Assembly (NCBI GenBank): GCA_943350175.1
Contig: CALQZX010000003.1
Span: 12,409 to 76,408 of the forward strand
Direction of reading: 5' to 3'
Source: Parcubacteria group bacterium
Lineage (GTDB): Bacteria > Patescibacteriota > Microgenomatia > UBA1400 > PJMF01
Length of the DNA stretch: 64,000 bases
Shown here: in pieces, positions 55,868-64,000 of the stretch
How the letters are laid out: each line of letters begins with the position of its first letter
How positions within the stretch are numbered: the stretch's first letter is position 1
Notes under the pieces: generated by a model
Seen by the model: the letters and a program-made list of their open reading frames with translations, nothing else
Database searches by the model: none
Told to the model about the DNA's origin: nothing
Made by a program: the position numbers and the translations under genes

Positions 55868-57694
55868 CTACATCATCCCGTCCAAAACTTGTTTGATCAC
55901 TGGTGCAGCATCCTGAGAACCTTCAGAATAAATTTTGCTCTCATCACTTTCCATTAAAACAGTAATGACTATCTTCTCTGGAAAACCATACTTTTGAACT
56001 GCTTCCTGCCATTTTTCTCTTTCATTTACGATTAAACCACCGCTTTGAATTTCACTCTCAACTTCGCCAAAATTTTCACCCAAATTTTCACTCAACTCTC
56101 CGCTCTCGCTCGCCTCGCCGACAATCTTCCCCTCATCAATATCAATAATTGCCGTCGTCCAGGCGTGAGTTTTGCGATAGCCTCTTTCATCGGCACCACC
56201 AAACTCAGCTGTTCCAGTTTTACAAGCAATTATCCCCGGTTCCGCAGTATTGTAAGGAAAAAGCGGATAAGCCGTGCCACCCTGGCTGCAGGCCCCGACC
56301 ATGCCAGAAATAACTATCTCCAAATTTTTAGCATCAATGGCCAAATCTCGACAATTTTGCTGCAAGGCTGGCAGAAATGAAGCCTTACAAAGACTCCCAT
56401 GATTAGCAATCGCTTGAGTCATATTGGCAATCTGAATTGGCGTCACCAAGACATCGCCCTGACCAATGCCAAAATGATAAGTGTTGCCTAAATACCAGCT
56501 CTCTCCCCTTTGGCTTTCTTTCCATTGTGGATCTGGAACCAAGCCATCGACTTCCTGACTGGTCTGGACACCCGTTGGACTACCAAAACCAAACATTCTT
56601 GCATATTCCGCTAATTTTGTCGGGCCCAACCACTCAGCTGCTTTATAAAAAAAGATGTCATTGCTGCGAGCTAGAGCTCTTTTGACATCAATTGCTCCCT
56701 CCACTCTGCCGTACTGAGTGAAATACCAGTTAGCAAATTCCGAGCCGCCAACTTTGAGAGTTCCTTGGTCATCCACAACTGTATCTTCATCAATCACTCC
56801 CTCCTGCAAGGCGGCTAGTGCTGTTACCAATTTAAAAACTGATCCCGGCGGATAAGCTCCAGAAGTGCTTCTGTTAAAGAAAATTTGTCTTTCATCTTTG
56901 AAATAGTCTGAGATTTTTACAGCACTGTCTTTTGCATCTCTTTTGAAGAGACTATTTAGATAATTCTCCTCAAAGATATTATTGTCAAAACTCGGCGTGC
57001 TTATTAAAGTCAGTAATTCTCCATTACTAGCATCCATAATTACGACGGCACCTCGTTTATCGCCCATGGCTTTGTAAGCGAGCGAACTCAGATAAGAATC
57101 CAAAGTAGTTTTAATGTTCTGTCCATAGACCTGTTCTATCGTTGAGACTAGTCGCTGCGTTTGACCAAGGGCATTAATTTCAAATTTCATCACTGAACCT
57201 TTGGATTGTAAGTTTTTGTCATAGAATTGCTCCAAGCCCATCCTGCCCAAGCGACCAGAGATCGCTAAATTGGGATTTTTATCCAAATCTTCTGCCGTTA
57301 CGGGCGAAAGATAGCCAAGCACCGAAGCTAGAGCTTCTTTATATGGATAAACTCTATTAAATTCATAACCAATTTTGGCACTATCAGTGGCTAATAAACT
57401 CAAAGCTTCATCCTTTGCTAGAAATTCCTTTTCGCTGTAGAGTTTGTCTTTTTGCAGGTATTTAAAATACTGTTTCTCATTTCTCACCAAAGGTTGGTCA
57501 TAGCGGTCGAGAAAGATTGCTCTTTCTGCTGGGTTTTTTTTCGTAAAATAGCGATTGTTTTCAGCTAAATTATAAAAATACTCGCCTTTGAATATCTCTA
57601 CGTCGACTAAGCGCGCCAACAAAAGACTAAAAACTAGCAGTAAAAAAGAAAATAAAAGTAAAAACTTAAGCCGCATATTTTTTAAAATTGGCAA
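55868..57694 (-). CDS. mrdA: penicillin-binding protein 2 (class B transpeptidase)
   Basis: SxxK (PPGSVFKLVTA), SxN (ARSNDIFF), KTG (CKTGTAE); acidic C-terminal extension. Confidence 0.85.
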   Translation of the reverse strand: MPILKNMRLKFLLLFSFLLLVFSLLLARLVDVEIFKGEYFYNLAENNRYFTKKNPAERAIFLDRYDQPLVRNEKQYFKYLQKDKLYSEKEFLAKDEALSLLATDSAKIGYEFNRVYPYKEALASVLGYLSPVTAEDLDKNPNLAISGRLGRMGLEQFYDKNLQSKGSVMKFEINALGQTQRLVSTIEQVYGQNIKTTLDSYLSSLAYKAMGDKRGAVVIMDASNGELLTLISTPSFDNNIFEENYLNSLFKRDAKDSAVKISDYFKDERQIFFNRSTSGAYPPGSVFKLVTALAALQEGVIDEDTVVDDQGTLKVGGSEFANWYFTQYGRVEGAIDVKRALARSNDIFFYKAAEWLGPTKLAEYARMFGFGSPTGVQTSQEVDGLVPDPQWKESQRGESWYLGNTYHFGIGQGDVLVTPIQIANMTQAIANHGSLCKASFLPALQQNCRDLAIDAKNLEIVISGMVGACSQGGTAYPLFPYNTAEPGIIACKTGTAEFGGADERGYRKTHAWTTAIIDIDEGKIVGEASESGELSENLGENFGEVESEIQSGGLIVNEREKWQEAVQKYGFPEKIVITVLMESDESKIYSEGSQDAAPVIKQVLDGMM

Positions 57695-58046
57695 GATAAA
57701 AGTAAAGCAAAAAAGCCAGCAAATCAGCTAAATAAAAATAATTAAGTTGAATTCTGGCCATTAAAAAAATTGATGAATTTAGCAAAATAAACAAACCAAC
57801 TTGCACAAGCTTTTGGCCAGAAAATTTTTGCGATAAAAGATGATGCAAAACCAATAAAAGTGCCAGAACTGGCCAAGACAGTGAATAAAAAATCGCCAGC
57901 AATAAAGCCATTACAAATAAAGCTACCAAAACAAACTCATTGCTGCGACGACTGACTAATTTGTAAGACAAATAAAGAAAAAAAAGTGGCAAGCCGATGA
58001 CCGACTCAAAGCTTAAAACAATAATTAAAAATAAATAATAGAGCAT
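57666..58046 (-). CDS. mreD: MreD-like rod-shape membrane protein
   Basis: 126-aa all-hydrophobic protein in the mreC-mreD-pbp2 position. Confidence 0.4.
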   Translation of the reverse strand: MLYYLFLIIVLSFESVIGLPLFFLYLSYKLVSRRSNEFVLVALFVMALLLAIFYSLSWPVLALLLVLHHLLSQKFSGQKLVQVGLFILLNSSIFLMARIQLNYFYLADLLAFLLYFYLANFKKYAA

Positions 58047-58059
58047 ATAATTTTCTTGC

Positions 58060-58821
58060 TTATTTTATTTCCACCAGGCTAGTTTCATAAAAACTAAGCA
58101 TTTGTTCGATGATCGCAGTTTTGGTTGCCAAGGCCTGATTTTCCGTTAAAATTCTAGCGACTCTCCCAATCAGCAAACCTTTTTCTAAGTTAGCTTGCGC
58201 TGTGGTGAAAACCAATTGGCCAACTTCCAAATTAGCCTCACTTTGCACTTCAGTTAGAATAATCTCTCGACCATTGCCTTTTAAGAGGCCTTTTGTTCCC
58301 GCATTTGTTTCTGCCAAAACTCCGGCATCAAAAAATTGTGATAAAAGCCTAACCGAAGATTGCCTCTCCTCCACTTTATCGATCAAACCAAGCAAAGTGC
58401 CTTTATATAAAACTGCCGAACCAACCTTAACTCCAGATTGACTGCCAGCTGCTACGAAACTCTGAGCAAAAGAAATGACTGGTGCAGCAATAATTGTTTG
58501 TTGATAAGAACGATCACTGTTTTCCAAAATTTTACGCAATTCTTGGTTTTCTTTTTCTAGAGCCTCCACTTTGATTGAAATTGCCGCTGTTTCACTGTAA
58601 CGATACTGCAGATCTTCCAATCTGGCTGTTAGGTTCCACATCTCTGCAACTCTACTAAAAGGATAAGCAATCTTTTGCAAAAAAGAAAAATTTTTTTCTT
58701 TCCAAAGATTAGCTCCATCAGTTAAAAAGGGAAAGCTTGAAAAACCCAAAAACTGCAGGAAAAACAAGATAAAAATTGCTAAAAAAGCAAATAAATATTG
58801 CTTGTTTTTTTGATTCAACAT
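58060..58821 (-). CDS. mreC: rod shape-determining protein MreC
   Basis: N-terminal TM anchor, coiled coil (LEKENQELRKILEN), C-terminal beta-barrel region (GTLLGLIDKV...VGQLVFTT...GLLIGRVARI). Confidence 0.65.
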   Translation of the reverse strand: MLNQKNKQYLFAFLAIFILFFLQFLGFSSFPFLTDGANLWKEKNFSFLQKIAYPFSRVAEMWNLTARLEDLQYRYSETAAISIKVEALEKENQELRKILENSDRSYQQTIIAAPVISFAQSFVAAGSQSGVKVGSAVLYKGTLLGLIDKVEERQSSVRLLSQFFDAGVLAETNAGTKGLLKGNGREIILTEVQSEANLEVGQLVFTTAQANLEKGLLIGRVARILTENQALATKTAIIEQMLSFYETSLVEIK

Positions 58822-59459
58822 AACTTATCGATTTCTATGGCCTCCATCTTTAAATATTTAGCTAATTTAGCAGTCTTTGGTTTGTCTACTAAATTATTAA
58901 TGAAAAAATAAAAACAATCAGGTTGCTCAAAAGTAAATTTTTCCTCAACCCTCTTTAGAAACCGCTTACTTTCAAGAGCTAAGTCGCGTAGAAAAACTTT
59001 TTCATAAGCCAGCAACTTATTTTGGTCAAAAAAACTTAGCTCTGCACAATCATCAAACAAATTCACCAAAAATTTGGCTTTGGAAAAATTTCTTTTTTGC
59101 AGTAGATAGAAATTGTAAAAAAAATGGCGATCCACAAAAGAAACTTTTTTCAAAAAGGGCGAAACACCTTCAAAAAACTTTTTCTCCAGTTCACTAGAGC
59201 TAGGCCCAAGTAAAAAAACTAAAGAATATTGCTCTAGATCAAAAGCGCTTAAGCTATCATCTAAGAATTTCTTCAGTAATTTATCGTTAGCCAAGAAATT
59301 CATTTTGCAAATATCGACGTTATGAATTGTCTTCAATAAGGTCAAGTTGGAAAAATCAATTGAAGATAGATCTCTAACATCTTTGGCCAAATAAAAAGAC
59401 AGTCCACTGCTGCTGCAGTCTATTAATAAGAGATGTTTGAAATCCAAAGATAAGTTCAT
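58815..59459 (-). CDS. hypothetical protein in the position normally held by mreB; possible degenerate actin-fold N-terminus
   Basis: HLLLIDCSSSGLSFYLAK resembles the phosphate-1 motif of ASKHA ATPases (LGIDIGSSSIK), but the protein is only 214 aa. Confidence 0.3.
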   Translation of the reverse strand: MNLSLDFKHLLLIDCSSSGLSFYLAKDVRDLSSIDFSNLTLLKTIHNVDICKMNFLANDKLLKKFLDDSLSAFDLEQYSLVFLLGPSSSELEKKFFEGVSPFLKKVSFVDRHFFYNFYLLQKRNFSKAKFLVNLFDDCAELSFFDQNKLLAYEKVFLRDLALESKRFLKRVEEKFTFEQPDCFYFFINNLVDKPKTAKLAKYLKMEAIEIDKLC

Positions 59460-60493
59460 TGATTAAGCAATGAGGCGGCAGATTTCCAGCGATTTTGACT
59501 AATTAAGCTTTCTGCTTCTTTAACCTTAGCTAAAACAGCTTGGTCATCGCTTTCTTTCATTTTGACTAAGCGCTCACCCATCATTTCAGATTTAAGCTCT
59601 AGAGCCTTTTCATACAGAACCTCATCTAGATCGGGAATTAGTTTTTCTAAATAAATGATTAGGGCTTCTTTTTTTTCATCTTCCTTTTTATTTTGATCGT
59701 CCAAAATGTTACGAGCTCCAGTATATTCTTCACTAGTCAGCAACAATTCCAGATCATGAAAGATAAAATCATCCCAAATCATTGTTTCCAGTTCATCTAG
59801 GAATTGATTTTTTTCAGAATCACTGATGTCCATTATCCCAAGCATTTCAAAAATATTTTGAGATTTTAGTTCTTCAGCATCGTTTTTTAGAGCTGCTGAA
59901 TCTTCGTCACTAGATGCGGACTCAGCCACAGATGTGGTTGAAACAGGCTCCTCATTACTACTCTGCAAATCTGCATTATCTTGCAAATCCGCAGCTGGAC
60001 GATTTTTTCTAAAATCTTCTACAGATTCTTCTGAATCAGGAAAATCTGTCATCACCGAGCCATCGTTTACTGAGTTGTCATTTGTAACCGTTTTATTTTT
60101 AAGACTCTCTTGATCTATTTTCTTTTCCAAATCACTCAAAAATGAATCAAAATCGAATTTTTCAGAAGATTGAGCTTCTTCTTTTAAAACCGGTTCTTGA
60201 ACTGAGGAAGCGGCTTGCACTGAAGACACGGGAGCTGCTGGCACCGTAGAAGATGGCTTCTCCTCCAAGTCTTTGGACAACTTATCTAATTCAGCGAGAA
60301 GTCTATCTATTTCAGCTGAGTTATCATTTTCTTTTTTATCGACAACTGGCTGAGATGACTGGGCCGATTGAGCAGGTTGAAATGATTGATTTCTTTGAAT
60401 TAATTGTTGATACATCTGTCCAGTAGAGCTCGCGGCGTTAGAAGCGACAGGAGCGACAACTTGATTGGCAGAATTGTCTTGAATTTGAATCAT
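59456..60493 (-). CDS. acidic Ser/Asp/Glu-rich protein with ordered C-terminal domain, hypothetical
   Basis: 345-aa ORF, low complexity for ~220 aa then helical ~120 aa; overlaps the downstream gene by 4 nt. Confidence 0.4.
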   Translation of the reverse strand: MIQIQDNSANQVVAPVASNAASSTGQMYQQLIQRNQSFQPAQSAQSSQPVVDKKENDNSAEIDRLLAELDKLSKDLEEKPSSTVPAAPVSSVQAASSVQEPVLKEEAQSSEKFDFDSFLSDLEKKIDQESLKNKTVTNDNSVNDGSVMTDFPDSEESVEDFRKNRPAADLQDNADLQSSNEEPVSTTSVAESASSDEDSAALKNDAEELKSQNIFEMLGIMDISDSEKNQFLDELETMIWDDFIFHDLELLLTSEEYTGARNILDDQNKKEDEKKEALIIYLEKLIPDLDEVLYEKALELKSEMMGERLVKMKESDDQAVLAKVKEAESLISQNRWKSAASLLNQ

Positions 60494-60556
60494 AGGCAGG
60501 TTTCCATAACAAACTTAAATAATGTACAATTCCAATTTAGCATAGCCAAATACACA

Positions 60557-62680
60557 ATGCAATTAAATCGTCAAAAAATCAGCAGCTTTCTACAAAAATT
60601 AATTTTCGTTAATTTCAATCTACTTTTTTTCCTCACTCCTTTTATTTTTACTTGGATGAATCAAGAATTATTCGAATTTAGCAAAATGCTTTTCGTTTAT
60701 GCTGGAACCACAATCATTACTTCATTATGGATCGCTAGAATGGTCACGGAGCGAAAAATAATTCTCAAAAGAAGCAAACTCGACTATTTTATCTTAGCTT
60801 TTTTGGCCTCACAAATAATTTCCACTATTTTTTCTCTACACACTCGCACATCTTGGTTCGGTTACTACACCAGATTTAATGGCGGACTTTTATCAACTAT
60901 CACCTACATCACCCTTTATTATGCCTTCGTTTCCAATATTAAAAAATCTCAAGTCCAGGCTATCTACAGCAGTCTTTTTCTCTCCGCTCTTATGGTTAGT
61001 CTTTACGCCACACCAGAGCATTTCGGCCATTCTCCGAGCTGCTATCTCGTGACGAAAAAATTCAACGTTAGCTGTTGGGTTCAAGATGTTCAAAATAGAG
61101 TTTTTGCTACTTTTGGCCAACCAAATTGGTTGGCTGCCTTTTTGATTAGCATCATCCCTCTTAATATAGATAAAATTCTCAAGGAAAAAAAGCTATCCAG
61201 CAATCTCTATTTAATTCTTGTGCTTGTTGCAAGCATTACTGCTCTTTTATTTAGCAAATCTAGATCTGGATTACTCGGACTAGGAGCTGGCTTAGTTTTT
61301 TACGCTATCTTTAAAATTTTTACTAATAAAGACAAAAAAGAGCGCTTCAACAATTTCCTCAAATTAAGCGGCCTAGCTGGAATAATGATTGCCTTGGCTT
61401 TAATTTTTGGAACACCCTACACCCCCAAGTTAGCTGACTTGGCAAAAGGACAGATGATGGTGCAAACAAGCGTTGCAGAAGAAATTCCAAGCGGTGGTAC
61501 TCCATCAGAGGAAATCAGAAAAATAGTCTGGCAGGGAGCACTCAAAGTTTGGCAGCGCTATCCGATCTTTGGCTCTGGCGTTGAAACATTTGCCTATAGT
61601 TACTATTTAGATCGTCCTTTAGCTCATAATTTAGTTTCAGAATGGGATTTTCTCTATAACAAAGCGCACAATGAACTGTTGAACACCTTGGCTAATTCTG
61701 GTCTAGCTGGACTCCTGACTTACCTGGCCTTATTTGCGGGGGTTTTTTATCTAGGACTGAAGCATTTTCTACAAGATAAGAATCAAAGTGAGTTATTGGC
61801 ACTATTAGCTGGCATTGTTGCTATGTTCATTTCCAACTTCTTTGGCTTTTCTACGGTAGTCACCAACTTACTCTTATTCGGCTTCTTTGCGATTGTGATT
61901 CTAGAAGAGAAAGAGCAAAAAAATGAAAAAAATGTCACTATAAAAAAGATTGATGATAAAGATCATATATCAAATAATGAATATTATATGTATTCTTTAA
62001 TTCTAGTTGTTGCTCTCTTTGCAATCAGCAAGGTTTGGTCGATCTGGCAAGCTGACTACTTATTCACTAATGGCCAGAATGCCTTTGAAAAAGGCAACTA
62101 TCAAGCTGGTCTACCTGCTATTCAAGAAGCGATTAAAAAATCACCAAAAGAAGCATTCTTTTATGATGAGCTCGCCAGCGACTACGCTCAGCTCAGCATC
62201 GCCTTTGCCAATGAGAAACAAAGTACTGCCAGCGCCGCACTTGCTCAAAGCGCTATCGAAAGCAATCGTTATGCCCTAAGCCTCAATCCCGTCCATCTTA
62301 ATTTTTATAAAAGCCAGGCAAGGATCTACATCAAACTTGGTCAACTTGACCCCAAACTCTATTCTTACGCCGAGCAATCTCTAGTAAAAGCTATCGCCCT
62401 TGCTCCTACAGATGCCAAACTTTACTACAACCTTGCTTTAATTTTAGAAATCATGGGCAATAAAGATGAGGCTCTAAAGAACATGGAGCATGCTGTCTCT
62501 ATCAAAAGCAACTATCTACAAGCTAGAAACGAGCTGGCTCGCATGTATTTTAGCTCTGGAGATCTGGAAAAAGCAAAAGACCAGTATATTTTCAGTTTAG
62601 AAAAAATTGCTCCCAACGATAAATTAATCAAAGAAAAATTGAAGATAATAGAAGCCAGTATCAGCGCCAAAACTAAATAA
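60557..62680 (+). CDS. O-antigen ligase-like polytopic membrane domain fused to C-terminal TPR repeats
   Basis: ~12 TM helices then TPR units (YNLALILEIMGNKDEALKNMEHAVSIKSNY...). Start set at ATG 60557 rather than the ORF-track 60404, which overlaps the convergent upstream gene. Confidence 0.6.
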   Translation: MQLNRQKISSFLQKLIFVNFNLLFFLTPFIFTWMNQELFEFSKMLFVYAGTTIITSLWIARMVTERKIILKRSKLDYFILAFLASQIISTIFSLHTRTSWFGYYTRFNGGLLSTITYITLYYAFVSNIKKSQVQAIYSSLFLSALMVSLYATPEHFGHSPSCYLVTKKFNVSCWVQDVQNRVFATFGQPNWLAAFLISIIPLNIDKILKEKKLSSNLYLILVLVASITALLFSKSRSGLLGLGAGLVFYAIFKIFTNKDKKERFNNFLKLSGLAGIMIALALIFGTPYTPKLADLAKGQMMVQTSVAEEIPSGGTPSEEIRKIVWQGALKVWQRYPIFGSGVETFAYSYYLDRPLAHNLVSEWDFLYNKAHNELLNTLANSGLAGLLTYLALFAGVFYLGLKHFLQDKNQSELLALLAGIVAMFISNFFGFSTVVTNLLLFGFFAIVILEEKEQKNEKNVTIKKIDDKDHISNNEYYMYSLILVVALFAISKVWSIWQADYLFTNGQNAFEKGNYQAGLPAIQEAIKKSPKEAFFYDELASDYAQLSIAFANEKQSTASAALAQSAIESNRYALSLNPVHLNFYKSQARIYIKLGQLDPKLYSYAEQSLVKAIALAPTDAKLYYNLALILEIMGNKDEALKNMEHAVSIKSNYLQARNELARMYFSSGDLEKAKDQYIFSLEKIAPNDKLIKEKLKIIEASISAKTK

Positions 62681-62711
62681 CAGTCTTGTTATATAATGCA
62701 GGTATATAAAA

Positions 62712-63305
62712 ATGAAAATTATTACCGCTCCACACCCAACTTTGCGCGAAATTGCCAAAGAAGTGACTGTTTTTGACAAGAAATTCTTTAAGTTCTTAGA
62801 TGAATTGGCAGATACTCTAATTAAAAAAGAACAGCCAAAAGGCGTGGCTCTTGCTGCTCCTCAAGTTAACAAGCCAGTTCGCGTTTTTGCAGCTATTTTG
62901 GGTGAAAAAAATCAAGATAGCAGTAAGCCTGTCATCGAGTTTTTCATCAATCCAAAAATTACCAAGTTTAGCAATAAAAAAATCCTTGGAGCAGCTGATG
63001 GTGGAGAACGTTTTGAAGGTTGTCTGTCCATTCCCTTGCTTTATGGCCCAGTACCACGCCATGAGTGGATCGAAATCGAGTATCAATGCTTAACTACTCT
63101 AGATCTTAAAAATCAGCCAGAAATAAAAAGCAAAAAAGCTAAATTCACGGACTTTGATGCCAGAGTAATTCAACATGAATACGACCATCTAGATGGCATT
63201 CTTTTCACTGATCTAATCCTTAAAAATAACCTGCCCGTCTACATTGATGAGGATGGCAAATGGGTAGAAGTTAAAAATAAAAAAGAGATACTATCCTTAC
63301 TTTAA
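62712..63305 (+). CDS. def: peptide deformylase
   Basis: Motifs GVALAAPQV, EGCLSIP, QHEYDHLDG. Confidence 0.9.
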   Translation: MKIITAPHPTLREIAKEVTVFDKKFFKFLDELADTLIKKEQPKGVALAAPQVNKPVRVFAAILGEKNQDSSKPVIEFFINPKITKFSNKKILGAADGGERFEGCLSIPLLYGPVPRHEWIEIEYQCLTTLDLKNQPEIKSKKAKFTDFDARVIQHEYDHLDGILFTDLILKNNLPVYIDEDGKWVEVKNKKEILSLL

Positions 63306-63306
63306 G

Positions 63307-64000
63307 ATGAAATATAAGATCGCTATCGCCGGTTCAACTCAAAATACAATCAAAATGGCAGAAGCTATTGCTGCTGATCCACGCTTCGAAATTTCCTTCA
63401 CTCTCTCTCCAACTCCCAAACTAATTGGCCGCAAACAAATTTTAACCAAAAATCCATTGCATTTATGGTCAGAAAAAAAACAGCTAAAAACCTTTTTAGT
63501 TGATAAAAAAATTGAAAAAACCATGCTGGAAGAATTTGCCGCAATTGGAGAGATCGATTTTTTATTAGTTGTTGATTTTGGCTATTTAATTCCCAAATGG
63601 TTGCTAACATTACCAAAAATCGCCCCACTCAACATTCACCCTTCTTTATTACCAAAATGGCGTGGTAGCTCCCCAGGTCAATTCTGCCTACTCTTTCAAG
63701 ATCTAAACGAATTTGGGCACGAATCAGCCGTCACCCTAATGATCATGAGCGAAGGAATGGACGAGGGACCGATTATTGCTCAATTACCATTTGAGATTGA
63801 GAAGAAATGGACGCAAGTCGAATACTATGAGCACGCTTTTGAGTTGATGGGCGAAAAATTAGCCGATTTAATTGGCGATTTTGCTACTAAAAAAATCCAA
63901 GCTCAAAATCAACCAGCTCAAAGTTCAACCATCGCCGCTCGCCGCTTAAGTAAAGATGATAGTTTTATGGATTGGAAAAACCTAAAACAACTAATGGCCG
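63307..64000 (+). CDS. fmt: methionyl-tRNA formyltransferase (N-terminal part; gene continues past window end)
   Basis: IAGSTQ..., catalytic NIHPSLLPKWRGSSP; follows def as in the conserved def-fmt operon. Confidence 0.85.
   Translation, partial: MKYKIAIAGSTQNTIKMAEAIAADPRFEISFTLSPTPKLIGRKQILTKNPLHLWSEKKQLKTFLVDKKIEKTMLEEFAAIGEIDFLLVVDFGYLIPKWLLTLPKIAPLNIHPSLLPKWRGSSPGQFCLLFQDLNEFGHESAVTLMIMSEGMDEGPIIAQLPFEIEKKWTQVEYYEHAFELMGEKLADLIGDFATKKIQAQNQPAQSSTIAARRLSKDDSFMDWKNLKQLMA

Noticed and set aside
60404-60556. Extended 5' start of the O-antigen-ligase/TPR ORF at 60404
   Set aside because: It would overlap the last 90 nt of the convergent upstream gene and adds a non-hydrophobic, Arg-rich peptide; the ATG at 60557 precedes the first TM helix.
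1-64000. CRISPR arrays, rRNA genes, IS elements/transposases
   Set aside because: No regularly spaced direct repeats, no rRNA-like conserved stretches, no transposase or integrase-like ORFs in any frame.

Overview
The window is an AT-rich, gene-dense stretch of a small bacterial chromosome. Roughly 70 protein genes are packed with overlapping or abutting stops and starts, most on the minus strand. Short EF-Ts, S2, L31 and TopA carrying low-complexity basic tails, many leaderless-looking promoters, and heavy reliance on salvage (queuosine, purine and pyrimidine) fit a reduced-genome, CPR/Patescibacteria-like organism using the standard genetic code. No rRNA, CRISPR array, integrase or transposase was seen.

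Recognisable content:
- Translation and replication core: rpsB-tsf, rpsF-ssb-rpsR, rpmE-prfA, hisS, cysS, def-fmt, hpf, ychF, dnaB, topA, dprA, recR.
- Two tRNAs on the minus strand: tRNA-Leu(CAA) and tRNA-Ala(CGC).
- A cell-wall block: mreC-mreD-PBP2, plus lgt and an O-antigen-ligase/TPR fusion.
- A one-carbon/dTMP neighbourhood: folD-glyA, then tmk, dut, a DHFR-family protein, a CofE-like gamma-glutamyl ligase, thyA and a dCMP deaminase carrying an unexplained N-terminal domain.
- nadD/nadE, with an RfaE-II/TagD-like nucleotidyltransferase between them.
- A BrnT/BrnA toxin-antitoxin pair.

Most worth a second look:
1. A 165-nt nested perfect inverted repeat that bridges the stop codon of the CofE-like gene and the start and ribosome-binding site of the DHFR-like gene.
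2. A 992-aa membrane protein with an embedded ABC-type ATPase whose H-loop histidine is replaced by Asn.
3. An 832-aa lipoprotein with a textbook twin-arginine signal.
4. A 642-aa unknown protein beside tRNA-Ala.
5. A promoter-to-terminator bounded ~110-nt unit upstream of hisS, encoding a 17-codon His-His mini-ORF.
6. A recurring promoter type (TTGCAA -35, A-tract spacer, near-zero leader) in front of rpmE, thyA and the large lipoprotein gene.
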